From the NCBI GenBank assembly GCA_964592435.1, contig CAZQCL010000001.1:1-39438 (forward strand): a DNA stretch of 39,438 nt, given 5' to 3'. Source of the DNA: an uncultured Oscillospiraceae bacterium (GTDB taxonomy: Bacteria; Bacillota; Clostridia; Acetivibrionales; DTU013). The position numbers and the translations under genes were made by a program. Positions 15,801 to 25,609 of the stretch are shown here, piece by piece. Numbering within the stretch: the stretch's first letter is position 1; each line of letters starts with the position of its first letter. The notes beneath the pieces were generated by a model. It saw nothing but the letters and a program-made list of their open reading frames with translations. It made no database searches and was not told where the DNA came from.

Positions 15801-16745
15801 CTACAAGATTAATCCATGTGTTGCAATACACTCTTGAATAATTTTTTTTGCGAGCTCCTTAAAGTCGGAGTTTTCGTCCACTTGGAGCCATTTTATTTCC
15901 TGAATTCTCCTGAACCAGGTTAGCTGTCGTTTTGCATAACGTCTTGTATTTCTTTTTACTATGCTGATGGTTTCATCCAATGAACCTTCACCCTTCAGGT
16001 AGTTCAGTATTTCCTTATACCCTATTCCCTGCATGGCTGTTGCACCCTTATCGTAGCCCATTTCAACAAGCTTTTTCACTTCATCGATTAATCCCTTCTC
16101 CATCATTCTGTCTACACGCGTGTCAATCCGCTCATAAAGCTTTTTTCTATCCCAATTTAGCCCAAAGGGTATGTACCTGTATGGCGTCGGATTTAGCCTG
16201 GATACTCTTTCATGCTCGGATATAGTCTTGTTTGTGTGGGTATACACCTCAATTGCTCTTATGACCCTCTTAACATCGTTTTCATGAATCCTGGATGCCG
16301 CTGGAGGATCAATTTCCTTTAGTTTTTCATGCAAATGTCGATTTCCCTTTTCTACAGCTTCTCTTTTTAGAAACTCCCTCAATTCCTCGTCACAGATCGT
16401 TTCAGAAAAGTTGATATTAAACAGTAAGGAATTGATGTAAAGTCCGGTACCACCGGCTATAATTGGATGCTTTCCCTGTTCAAAAATCCCTTTTATATAT
16501 TGAAGCGCCAGTTCGCGATATTTAGCTACACTAAAGCTTTCATCCGGATCCACTTCATCAATCATGAAGTGTCTGATGCCTGACATTTCCGCTTCGTCAG
16601 GTTTTGCCGTACCAATATTCATATACCTGTATATCTGCATGGAATCTGCAGAAACAATACTGCCATTGATCAACTTTGCAAGTTCGATAGACAACCCGGT
16701 TTTGCCGGATGCAGTAGGGCCTACAATTAATATTACAGGCTCCAT
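15801..16745 (-). CDS. miaA: tRNA dimethylallyltransferase
   Basis: P-loop GPTASGKT near the N-terminus. Full-length IPPT family. Confidence 0.95.
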   Translation of the reverse strand: MEPVILIVGPTASGKTGLSIELAKLINGSIVSADSMQIYRYMNIGTAKPDEAEMSGIRHFMIDEVDPDESFSVAKYRELALQYIKGIFEQGKHPIIAGGTGLYINSLLFNINFSETICDEELREFLKREAVEKGNRHLHEKLKEIDPPAASRIHENDVKRVIRAIEVYTHTNKTISEHERVSRLNPTPYRYIPFGLNWDRKKLYERIDTRVDRMMEKGLIDEVKKLVEMGYDKGATAMQGIGYKEILNYLKGEGSLDETISIVKRNTRRYAKRQLTWFRRIQEIKWLQVDENSDFKELAKKIIQECIATHGLIL

Positions 16746-16798
16746 TAAGTAATTTCTCCCCCTCTCTGATTACCAATTGTACCCAGTACAGCGCTTAT

Positions 16799-18709
16799 TT
16801 ATACAATCCTTTTAAATAACTTTTCCAGTTCATATTGTTTTAGCCTTAGTATCGCAGGGCGTCCATGGGGACAGGTATATGGATTGTCCAGCCCGGACAG
16901 CTTATCCAGAAGAGCTGATATTTCGCGTTCATCAAGTTTTTTACTTGCCTTTATTGCCATTTTGCATGCAATCTTGTACAAGGCTTCATCCGCAATGATT
17001 TTTTTCTCACCTTTGCTGCCATCCATTACGAAGTCGAGTAATTCCAAAAACAGCTTCCCTATATCAAGTTCCCTTTCGGCAAAGGGTACCGCGCGCATAA
17101 TAATGGAATTTACTCCGAATGCTTCGTAGGTAAACCCCAGCTTTTCAAAGAATGGGGCTTCGCTTATTGCAAATTGGTATTCACTTGCGGTCAGCTCAAT
17201 AGGAACAAGGGATATCATCATTTGTGATAGCGGCTTGTCCTTACCGAATGCTTCTTTCAATTCTTCATAGCATATACGTTCATGAGCGGCATGCTGATCG
17301 AGCAAAAACAGCTCATCCTCCCCTTCGAGGAAGACGTAGGTTGAAAATGCCTGTCCGATAATCCTTGTGCCGCGAAAAAGAGGCCTGGCCGGAACCTGCG
17401 TATAATCTGAATCGCCCGATTCGGAAACCAGGAAACCAGTTTTATCGCAATGATGAGATATAGCCTCCTCTCTTTTCCGATCCAGTTCCTCTTTAACTCG
17501 CCTAAAGTCCTGTTGTGAATAAACGGGTTTAGCACTCATTTTGTCATTTAGCGTGTAAGTGTTTCCCGATGAGGCTCTCGATGGAGCCTTTTGTGATGCC
17601 TCCGGTGATAGTAAACTATTCGGGCTACTGTTAGCATGATCATCTTCGGAATAAGTCAATTGTTGGGCATTATTCACAATAAAATTTTTAGGACTACTAT
17701 CCGGCAAGGTTCTTATAGTTGACTGAGTCATTAAAGTACCGTTTATTGCATGGTAAGCTGCCCGAAAGACATCCTGTTCATTGGAGAACTTCACCTCCAA
17801 TTTAGAAGGGTGTACGTTGACATCGACACTGGCAGGATTCAAACGGATATCAAGCAAAACGAAGGCATGCTTTTTTTTCATAAGATATGTAGAGTATGCC
17901 GAATCAATTGCGGCGGTAATAGTTTTGTTGCGGACATACCTTCTATTGATATAAACAGACTGATGATTTCTGTTAGAACGTGCAATTTCCGGTCTTCCTA
18001 TGTATCCACTGATTTTCACCTGCTCATCCTGATAGTTAACCTCCATAAGCTGCTTTGCGGTTTGCCCACCATAAACACTAAATACGGTACTTTTCAAATC
18101 ACCGTTCCCCGGTGTATGCAGTACCGTTGATCCATTATTGATCAGCTTAAAAGAGATATCAGGATAGCCAAGAGAAATTCTGCTCAGCATATCTGCCGTG
18201 TGACCGGCTTCTGTAGAGTCCTTTTTCAGAAACTTATATCTGGCCGGTGTATTAAAGAACAGTTCACTAACAGTAATTGACGTGCCGACAGGACATCCTA
18301 TCGGCTTTATATCCAGTACCTGTCCGGCTTTAACCCTAATGAAGCTTCCCTGCAAGGAGCTCTTAACTCTCGTTGAAAGCTGGACATCCGATACTGAGGC
18401 TATGCTGGCCAAGGCTTCTCCTCTGAAACCCATGCTATTTATTGATTCCAAATCGTCTGCTCGTCTGATTTTGCTGGTTGCGTGCCTTTCAAATGCAATT
18501 TGCACATCATCCTCTGTGAGCCCGCTGCCGTTGTCAATCACGCGTATAAAGGAAATACCTCCGTTGCGGATTTCAACGCTGATATTATCGGCACCTGCGT
18601 CTATGGAGTTTTCGACCAGCTCCTTAATAACAGAGGCAGGTCTTTCGATTACTTCGCCTGCTGCGATTTTGTTTGCAGTGTTTTCATCAAGTATAATTAT
18701 TCTCCCCAT
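16799..18709 (-). CDS. mutL: DNA mismatch repair protein MutL
   Basis: GHKL ATPase N-terminus NKIAAGEVIERPASVIKELVENSIDAG, plus GFRGEAL. I trimmed to the ATG at 18709 (MGRIIILDE...), where GGAGGGG lies 6 nt upstream. The track start at 18751 would overlap mutS. Confidence 0.95.
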   Translation of the reverse strand: MGRIIILDENTANKIAAGEVIERPASVIKELVENSIDAGADNISVEIRNGGISFIRVIDNGSGLTEDDVQIAFERHATSKIRRADDLESINSMGFRGEALASIASVSDVQLSTRVKSSLQGSFIRVKAGQVLDIKPIGCPVGTSITVSELFFNTPARYKFLKKDSTEAGHTADMLSRISLGYPDISFKLINNGSTVLHTPGNGDLKSTVFSVYGGQTAKQLMEVNYQDEQVKISGYIGRPEIARSNRNHQSVYINRRYVRNKTITAAIDSAYSTYLMKKKHAFVLLDIRLNPASVDVNVHPSKLEVKFSNEQDVFRAAYHAINGTLMTQSTIRTLPDSSPKNFIVNNAQQLTYSEDDHANSSPNSLLSPEASQKAPSRASSGNTYTLNDKMSAKPVYSQQDFRRVKEELDRKREEAISHHCDKTGFLVSESGDSDYTQVPARPLFRGTRIIGQAFSTYVFLEGEDELFLLDQHAAHERICYEELKEAFGKDKPLSQMMISLVPIELTASEYQFAISEAPFFEKLGFTYEAFGVNSIIMRAVPFAERELDIGKLFLELLDFVMDGSKGEKKIIADEALYKIACKMAIKASKKLDEREISALLDKLSGLDNPYTCPHGRPAILRLKQYELEKLFKRIV

Positions 18710-18710
18710 A

Positions 18711-21326
18711 CTAGCCCCTCCTGGCTTTCTTTTGCAGAGTATACAAAACATTCATTGCATCCAGAGGTGTAATCATAGATATATCAATTGCTTTGAGCTC
18801 TTCTAATACTTCTCTGCCTGGCTTATCTTCATTGTTGCTTACACGGAACAAATCCACCTGCCCCTCAAATGGGATATTCCTCCGTCTTGTCTTGTACCTG
18901 TTGATATCAGCAGCCTCAAGCTCCTTCAGCAGCTCCTTTGCTCTGTCTGTCACAACCTCCGGGACGCCTGCTAGCCTAGCTACCTGTATCCCATAGCTGC
19001 CGTCGGCTCCGCCTCGCATAATCTTCCTGAGAAATATTATGTCATCTCCCTTTTCCTTCACTGCAACACAATAGTTCTTAATGCCGGGCATCTTATCCTC
19101 AAGCTCAGTCAATTCATGGTAGTGAGTAGCGAAAAGAGTCCTGCTTCCCACCTTTTCCTTGTTTGAGATATACTCAATGACAGACCAGGCTATGCTTAGG
19201 CCATCAAAGGTGCTTGTCCCTCTCCCGATCTCATCAAGTATCAGCAGGCTTTTAGGTGTAGCGTTCTCCAAAATATTTGCCACCTCAGACATTTCCACCA
19301 TAAAGGTGCTCTGTCCTGCAGCAAGATCGTCTGATGCTCCGACACGTGTAAAGATCCTATCAACAATACCGATTTGGGCACTGTTTGCAGGCACAAAGCT
19401 CCCAATCTGTGCCATAAGCACAATTAATGCTACCTGCCTCATATACGTGGATTTGCCAGCCATATTGGGTCCTGTAATTATTGATAATCTGTTTTCATCC
19501 ATGTCAAGATAAGTATCGTTCGGAACAAATTCGCCTTGTTCCAGCATCTTTTCAACAACAGGATGCCTTCCTGCTTCTATCTTGATGGTTTCGCCATCAT
19601 TCACCTCAGGCTTGCAATAATTCTCCCGGTCAGCAGTTTCTGCCAGTGCGCAAAGCACATCAAGCTCGGCCAGGCATGCTGCTGTTTTTTTGACTCTGTT
19701 GACTTGCGAAGCGATTTTATCTCTTATTTGTATGAAAATATTATACTCCAGGTCAATGATTTTGCTCTCAGCTCCGAGAATGTTCTCCTCCATCTCCTTA
19801 AGCTCAGGTGTCACATATCTTTCACAGTTTATGAGAGTCTGCTTCCTGATGTATTCGTCAGGTACCAGATGAAAGTAGGATTTAGTCACTTCAAGATAAT
19901 ATCCAAATACTCTTGTAAATCCTATTTTCAAATTCTTAATACCAGTCTTTTCTCTTTCAGAGGCTTCCAACTCTGCAATCCACTGTTTCCCGTCGGTTGT
20001 TGCACGTCTGAGCTTGTCCACTTCTTCATTATAGCCGGACTTAATAATTCCGCCTTCTTTTATGGTAACAGGCGGATCATCCATTATTGAATGTTCTACA
20101 AGGTTCGTAATATCTTCAAGCTCCTCCATCAGACTACTGTTCCTCAGAATAAGAGAAGAAGTACAAGCGTTTAGAATATCCTTAATATTTGGTATCTGTA
20201 CCAGTGAATTTTTAAGAGCAATTAAATCACGGCAATTTGCGCTGCCTAAAACTATCTTGCCAATCAACCTTTCCACATCGTATACTCTCTTAAAAAGCTC
20301 CCGCAGCTCCATCCGCACCATAAACTTATCCTTCAGCTCAGCTACTGCATCAAGTCGGTCATTGATGTCAGCAATATTGACCAGGGGCATTTCCAGCCAT
20401 CTTCGAAGTGTTCTGGCTCCCATTGAGGTCATGGTCCTATCCAGGACCCAAAGCAGCGAGCCCTTGCGTTCTTTCTCCCGCATGGTCTCAGTCAGCTCAA
20501 GGTTTCTTCTGCTGGAGTGGTCAACAGTCATGTATTCTTCAAGCCTGTAAGGGGTAATTTTTTGTATATGCTCAAGGCTTGCCCTTTGTGTATGTTCCAG
20601 ATAATACATCAAGGCACCGCATGCATTAATGCAAAGCTCAGCTATTCCTTCCGGAAGTGGGTTTTCACCCAGCTGGCCTGAGAGAATTTCATGTGCATAG
20701 CCGTCTTCAAAATATTGACCGTCCAGTACTGAAATGTATACATTGAAACGATTGTCAAGCTGTTCCATAATATCCTTCGAGTTATATAAGGACTGATTTA
20801 TAAGAATTTCTGCGGGATTGAATTTGGCTATTTCATCAAAAAGCTTGCTAACTGTATTTCCCCATGTGATCCTTGTAGTAAAAAACTCACCGGTTGATAT
20901 ATCCACGACGGCAAGGCCGAACATAATATTCTTTGCATAGACACAGATTAGATAATTGTTCTTTTTTTCATCGAGCATTGCTAAATCAGTAACAGTTCCC
21001 GGCGTTACAACCTTGACGACTTCCCTTTTAACAATCCCTTTTGCCAGGGCAGGATCTTCAACCTGCTCGCAGATAGCCACTTTGTAACCCTTTGAAATAA
21101 GACGAGATATATACCCGTCCACAGCATGGAAAGGGACTCCGCACATTGGGGCCCGCTCCTCCAGCCCGCAGTCGCGCCCTGTAAGAGTGATTTCCAGCTC
21201 TCGGGAAGCTAGAATGGCATCATCAAAAAACATTTCATAAAAATCACCCAATCTGAACATGAGAATGCAATCCTTATATTGCTCCTTCATGTCCATATAT
21301 TGCTGCATCATTGGTGTTAAAGACAT
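18711..21326 (-). CDS. mutS: DNA mismatch repair protein MutS
   Basis: 871 aa. Mismatch-binding N-terminus (MFRLGDFYEMF) and Walker A GPNMAGKST. Confidence 0.97.
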   Translation of the reverse strand: MSLTPMMQQYMDMKEQYKDCILMFRLGDFYEMFFDDAILASRELEITLTGRDCGLEERAPMCGVPFHAVDGYISRLISKGYKVAICEQVEDPALAKGIVKREVVKVVTPGTVTDLAMLDEKKNNYLICVYAKNIMFGLAVVDISTGEFFTTRITWGNTVSKLFDEIAKFNPAEILINQSLYNSKDIMEQLDNRFNVYISVLDGQYFEDGYAHEILSGQLGENPLPEGIAELCINACGALMYYLEHTQRASLEHIQKITPYRLEEYMTVDHSSRRNLELTETMREKERKGSLLWVLDRTMTSMGARTLRRWLEMPLVNIADINDRLDAVAELKDKFMVRMELRELFKRVYDVERLIGKIVLGSANCRDLIALKNSLVQIPNIKDILNACTSSLILRNSSLMEELEDITNLVEHSIMDDPPVTIKEGGIIKSGYNEEVDKLRRATTDGKQWIAELEASEREKTGIKNLKIGFTRVFGYYLEVTKSYFHLVPDEYIRKQTLINCERYVTPELKEMEENILGAESKIIDLEYNIFIQIRDKIASQVNRVKKTAACLAELDVLCALAETADRENYCKPEVNDGETIKIEAGRHPVVEKMLEQGEFVPNDTYLDMDENRLSIITGPNMAGKSTYMRQVALIVLMAQIGSFVPANSAQIGIVDRIFTRVGASDDLAAGQSTFMVEMSEVANILENATPKSLLILDEIGRGTSTFDGLSIAWSVIEYISNKEKVGSRTLFATHYHELTELEDKMPGIKNYCVAVKEKGDDIIFLRKIMRGGADGSYGIQVARLAGVPEVVTDRAKELLKELEAADINRYKTRRRNIPFEGQVDLFRVSNNEDKPGREVLEELKAIDISMITPLDAMNVLYTLQKKARRG

Positions 21327-21436
21327 TCCTATAACCTCACTTGTTATGGCTCTATGTCCGGCCTATTAATTCTAAATAATCAGTCTTACCCTTTATATAA
21401 TATCATTGTCTTGTTTTAATTGCTTTTTCCTAATAA

Positions 21437-22855
21437 TTAATCCTCTGTTACAAGGCTACCTTCCAGTGACCAGGTGCCTGTGTTATCTATAATCACATTT
21501 ACAAGTCGCCCCGTCAAGTCGGCGCTGCCCTTGAAATTAACTATCTTGTTTGTTCTTGTGCGTCCAGTCATCGTACTAATACTGTTTTTGCTTACCCCTT
21601 CAACCAATACTTCAACAATCTTTCCCGCAAGCTGCTCATTTATCTGTCTGCCGATGCTATCCTGTAATTCTAAAAGAGCTGCGAATCTCTTTTTCTTAAC
21701 ATCCTCGGGTACCTGATCCTGCCTTTTTGCAGCAGGAGTACCTGTACGCTTTGAATAGAGAAAGGTATACACATAATCGAACCGAACTCTTTCTAAAAGA
21801 TCAAGTGTTTGTGCAAAATCCTCCTCAGTCTCTCCGGGATAGCCTTCGATTATGTCGGTAGTAATTGAAATACCCGGGATTTGTGCTCTTATACTATCCA
21901 CCAGTTGGAAATACTGCTCACGAGTGTATTTCCTATTCATCTCACTGAGGATTCTGTTGCTTCCGGCTTGTATGGGAAGATGTATATGTTCGCATACCTT
22001 TTTGCATTCTTTCATCGCAAGAATCAGCTCATCAGTCAAATCCTTGGGATGAGATGTCATGAAACGAATTCTTTCTATCCCTTCAATATCCTCTAAGCTC
22101 CGCAGCAATAGTGCAAAATTGCTTCCGTCCTCCAGATTCAGACCGTAAGAATTAACGTTCTGACCCAGAAGAGTGATTTCCTTATATCCCTGATGTCCCA
22201 GCATCCTTGCTTCATTCACAATATCCGACAGCCTTCTGCTTCTTTCACGTCCTCTTACATAGGGTACGATACAATAGGAGCAAAAATTATTGCATCCGTA
22301 CATAATCGTCAGCCATGCCTTAATGCTATGAGTCCTTTTGATTGGCATGCCCTCGGCAATATATCCATTGGAATCACTGACAAGCGCAACCGGTTTTTCC
22401 GAGTTAAGTGTCATGTAAAGCAATTCAGGGAATTTGTAAAGATTGTGTGTGCCGAATATCAAATCTACATGTCTATATTTTTTCAGAATAACCTCTACCA
22501 CATTATTTTGCTGCATCATACAGCCGCATACTGAAATAATCAGATCGGGGTTTCGTCGTTTTAGAGCTTTTAGCGAACCTAGATGGCCGTAAACCTTCAA
22601 TTCCGCGTTTTCTCTTACACAGCAGGTGTTATAAAGTACAAGATCTGCCTCCTCAATGTTGTCAGTATGCCTATATCCCATAGCGTCCAACATTCCAGAA
22701 AGCTTTTCGGAATCATTTTCATTCATCTGACAGCCAAAGGTGCTTATACTATATTTTTTGTTGGCATCCGGATTTTTTTCACGTATTAGATGTGTGAAAG
22801 CATCCTGCTTTACCATTTCATCCTCAGGGACTAATTTGTTTTCCCTTATATCCAA
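21437..22855 (-). CDS. miaB: tRNA-i6A37 methylthiotransferase MiaB (radical SAM)
   Basis: UPF0004 N-domain cysteines, radical-SAM CNNFCSYCIVP, and a TRAM C-terminus. TTG start with GGAGGA 8 nt upstream. Confidence 0.92.
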   Translation of the reverse strand: MDIRENKLVPEDEMVKQDAFTHLIREKNPDANKKYSISTFGCQMNENDSEKLSGMLDAMGYRHTDNIEEADLVLYNTCCVRENAELKVYGHLGSLKALKRRNPDLIISVCGCMMQQNNVVEVILKKYRHVDLIFGTHNLYKFPELLYMTLNSEKPVALVSDSNGYIAEGMPIKRTHSIKAWLTIMYGCNNFCSYCIVPYVRGRERSRRLSDIVNEARMLGHQGYKEITLLGQNVNSYGLNLEDGSNFALLLRSLEDIEGIERIRFMTSHPKDLTDELILAMKECKKVCEHIHLPIQAGSNRILSEMNRKYTREQYFQLVDSIRAQIPGISITTDIIEGYPGETEEDFAQTLDLLERVRFDYVYTFLYSKRTGTPAAKRQDQVPEDVKKKRFAALLELQDSIGRQINEQLAGKIVEVLVEGVSKNSISTMTGRTRTNKIVNFKGSADLTGRLVNVIIDNTGTWSLEGSLVTED

Positions 22856-23038
22856 ACTTTATTTTCCTCCATAAGTAATCTTCTATTTTAACTACTAAAT
22901 CACTAAACTATATAATTATATCATGAATATAAATGAATTCGTGGCTGGGTGATCATTGCGTTCTGAAGCTTTTCACCCTCTTATGCAACTATTCAAATCT
23001 GAAATGTGTGTTTTGAATATGCTCTGGAGCAAATTTGC

Positions 23039-23890
23039 TTATTGATATATTTTTCTATCAATACAAAGCTGCGCCCGTTCTCTTGTTTTATCGTCGGATT
23101 TCAATGCATCCTCAAGAAATTCCGGGTGCTTATTCAAAAACACCTTCATGGATTCTATAGGATCACCCATATATCTCAAGAGCATATCATATTGTCCTTT
23201 GCTGATAAGGCCTATGTTAAGAGCGCTGCTGAAAAACCTGTTATTAATAGATATCATGGCAAAGGAACATACTTCATTTTTCTCCAGCAGCTCGCCCCCT
23301 CCTTGCAATCTGTCAACTACTACCACGGAGCATTTTAATTGGCCGCAAATGTTTTTTATGGCTGGTATCCATGCCCTTTCGTAGCTGGAAGCCTCTGTTA
23401 TCAGATCAGCAATATGAAGCACATTAGCACCACTAATAGACACGGCATTATGAGTCTCACCCTTTTGCGTTATGACGGCGTTCTGATCCTTATAGATAGT
23501 GATGTGCGGTTTGTCAAGCATTTTTGCCAGAATCAGTGAGAAAAACCAGTCGCGTCTTTCTCCGCCGGAAATGTAGCTAATGCTGTCCAAATCTATATTG
23601 TTTTGGACAAACTCGAGCATTCTATCAATTAAACCCTTATATATCTCATCGGAATTATAATTCGCCTGGATCAGCGGCAGTAGTTTTCCCGGACATCCCA
23701 GCTTATCTGACTTATATGCATCTATCTTTTCTAGCAGCTCAAGAGCCTTTTTCTCGTTTCCGTATAAAAAATGAGTATTTATATAATATGGGCCAATTGT
23801 ACCTGATGTATACCAAAAAGGCTTTCCCTCCTGACAAACCCTGACAGCTCCGGTTTGGAACAGCCAATTGACAAGCCTCCTATCAGACAT
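23039..23890 (-). CDS. Divergent type-I phosphoribosyltransferase, OPRTase (PyrE)-like, with inserted hood and extra C-terminal helical region
   Basis: 283 aa. The PyrE-like N-terminus is LFQTGAVRV...PFWYTSGTIGPYYIN. The PRPP-loop analogue VLHIADLITEASS deviates from the canonical acidic pair followed by a TGGT/S-type loop. Its start codon directly abuts the stop of the upstream phosphatase (TAG ATG). Confidence 0.6.
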   Translation of the reverse strand: MSDRRLVNWLFQTGAVRVCQEGKPFWYTSGTIGPYYINTHFLYGNEKKALELLEKIDAYKSDKLGCPGKLLPLIQANYNSDEIYKGLIDRMLEFVQNNIDLDSISYISGGERRDWFFSLILAKMLDKPHITIYKDQNAVITQKGETHNAVSISGANVLHIADLITEASSYERAWIPAIKNICGQLKCSVVVVDRLQGGGELLEKNEVCSFAMISINNRFFSSALNIGLISKGQYDMLLRYMGDPIESMKVFLNKHPEFLEDALKSDDKTRERAQLCIDRKIYQ

Positions 23891-24580
23891 CTACTTCCTC
23901 TCTTCCGTATTATTAGTCTTCTTTTTGTGCTCTTCCCACCATTCCTGATTTACAATCGTTCCAAGGTCACTTCCCAGATGTGAAGCATCACCTTCAAGAA
24001 CAGTGGAGAATACACCATCTTCGTAGTCAATTATAGTCACACCTGTGTTCTCGCACCAGGACACATTGATCATTTCTTCAAGTGTGCAGGCTCTAAAGTG
24101 ACATATTAGTGCACGTATTGCGGTGCCATGTGTTACTACACATATATTCTTCCCAATGTTCCTATCAATAATAAGCATAACCTCGTCCAGAACACGCTTT
24201 TGAAACCCTTCCATAGACTCGCCGTTAGGCATCTGATGCTCATGGGGAGAACTATCCCACGTTTCATAGGCATCGGGCCATCTTTCTTCCAATTCGTCCC
24301 ATGTCAAGTCCTCCCAGTCCCCTCCATTGATCTCTTTTAACTGATCCGATTGGGTAATCGGAAGACTTTTCACCTCCGCAATATATAAGGCTGTCTGCAT
24401 TGTTCTTTTTAGACTGCTGGAATAAAGGACATCAATGTCAACATCGGATAAGGCCTGTGCAACTCTCTTTGCCTGAATATGTCCGCGTTCTGTAATGGGT
24501 GAATCAGTCCAGCCATGGAAATGTCTGGATTTATTCCCCTCTGCCTCTGCATGCCGAACAAAAATCAATCTTGTTTTCAT
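23891..24580 (-). CDS. Histidine phosphatase superfamily protein (dPGM/CobC-like branch)
   Basis: RHG-type motif FVRHAEAEGN at residues 7-16 and a second catalytic His in VVTHGTAIRAL. 229 aa. Confidence 0.8.
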   Translation of the reverse strand: MKTRLIFVRHAEAEGNKSRHFHGWTDSPITERGHIQAKRVAQALSDVDIDVLYSSSLKRTMQTALYIAEVKSLPITQSDQLKEINGGDWEDLTWDELEERWPDAYETWDSSPHEHQMPNGESMEGFQKRVLDEVMLIIDRNIGKNICVVTHGTAIRALICHFRACTLEEMINVSWCENTGVTIIDYEDGVFSTVLEGDASHLGSDLGTIVNQEWWEEHKKKTNNTEERK

Positions 24581-24664
24581 CTTCTCTCCATTATCCTTTA
24601 CTATAGCATTTATAAGCTATTTACCTTACAACGCCTAGCTTATAACTTTACCTCTTCACAGTTA

Positions 24665-24693
24665 ATTATATTCAAATCACATGTTTAATTCAA
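24665..24693 (-). promoter_or_regulatory. Putative sigma-A promoter for the phosphatase/PRTase-like pair, overlapping the pyrD stop
   Basis: On the minus strand: TTGAAT (24693-24688), a 17-nt spacer, then TATAAT (24670-24665). The roughly 80-nt leader contains an 8-bp hairpin ATAAGCTA/TAGCTTAT (24612-24643). Confidence 0.5.
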
Positions 24694-25609
24694 GCTTCCC
24701 GGTGATATCGGCAATGCTCTTTAAGCGGTGAGCTTTCATATATTGCTCTATTCCTTCCAAGACCCTTACACAGGCATCGGGATAAATCATGTTTGCGGTC
24801 CCTACCATAACCGCACTTGCACCGGCCAATAAAAATTCTATGGCATCATTTCCCTTCATAATGCCTCCCATGCCAATTACGGGAATCTTCACTGCCTGGG
24901 CAGCCTCGTATACCATTCTTACAGCTATGGGCTTAATTGCAGGCCCGGACAATCCTCCCGTATTATTATATAAAATCGGCCTTCTTGCTTCGGTATCTAT
25001 AGCCATCCCCAATAGAGTGTTAATCAGCGAAATGCAGTCCGCCCCGGCATTTTCAGCCGCCCTCGCTATTTCTGAAATGCTCAACACGTTTGGAGTCAGC
25101 TTCACAATTAATGGCTTTCTGCTGCGTTTTTTAACTAAGGAAGTAATTTCTGCAATACCTGAAGGAGTATTGCCAAAAACCATGCAGCCTGATTTTACAT
25201 TAGGACATGATACATTTAATTCAATAGCGTCAATATCGGCGTCAAATAGAATTTCAGCCATCTGACAATAGTCATCAATCGTATTGCCTGCAATATTGGC
25301 TATAATAGCTGTGGAATATTGCCTTAAAAAAGGTATTTCGTCATTAACAAAGGCTTTCACTCCAGGGTTTTGCAGTCCTACGCTGTTGAGCATTCCAGCA
25401 GGAGTCTCTGCGACTCTTGGGGGCTTATTGCCTTGTCGTGGCTCCAGCGTAAGACCCTTTACGCTGATAGCGCCAAGCCGGTTCAAGTCAATAAAGTCCG
25501 AATGCTCCCTTCCGAAGCCAAATGTCCCCGAAGCTGCAATCACAGGATTCTTTAGCTTCAGTCCTCCTATATTAACAGCCATATTTATATCATGACCTTG
25601 ACCCTTCAC
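24677..25609 (-). CDS. pyrD: Dihydroorotate dehydrogenase, class 1B catalytic subunit
   Basis: LKNPVIAASGTFGFG and the other class-1 DHOD motifs. It is paired with pyrK. The start is either GTG at 25609 (GGAGGGA 4 nt upstream) or ATG at 25582 (MAVNIGG...). Confidence 0.92.
   Translation of the reverse strand: MKGQGHDINMAVNIGGLKLKNPVIAASGTFGFGREHSDFIDLNRLGAISVKGLTLEPRQGNKPPRVAETPAGMLNSVGLQNPGVKAFVNDEIPFLRQYSTAIIANIAGNTIDDYCQMAEILFDADIDAIELNVSCPNVKSGCMVFGNTPSGIAEITSLVKKRSRKPLIVKLTPNVLSISEIARAAENAGADCISLINTLLGMAIDTEARRPILYNNTGGLSGPAIKPIAVRMVYEAAQAVKIPVIGMGGIMKGNDAIEFLLAGASAVMVGTANMIYPDACVRVLEGIEQYMKAHRLKSIADITGKLELNM

Noticed and set aside
18282-20550. A series of long plus-strand ORFs (174, 117, 184 and 162 aa) antisense to mutL and mutS.
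   Set aside because: All are Ser/Leu/Ile-rich shadow frames of conserved genes. None has an SD or a recognisable motif. Long antisense ORFs are expected when the sense frame avoids the reverse complements of stop codons.
22856-23038. The 183-bp spacer between the PRTase-like gene and miaB, examined for small ORFs, terminators or repeat copies.
   Set aside because: It contains only 9-11-codon ORFs without an SD and a 6-bp stem (GGGTGA/TCACCC) with a 20-nt loop and no U-tract. There is no match to the 24-bp repeat motif.
24612-24643. An 8-bp hairpin, ATAAGCTA-N16-TAGCTTAT, in the phosphatase leader, considered as a terminator or as a copy of the repeat family.
   Set aside because: It has no U-tract on either strand. 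Its similarity to the repeat motif is limited to TAAGGTAA. The evidence is too weak for more than a note.
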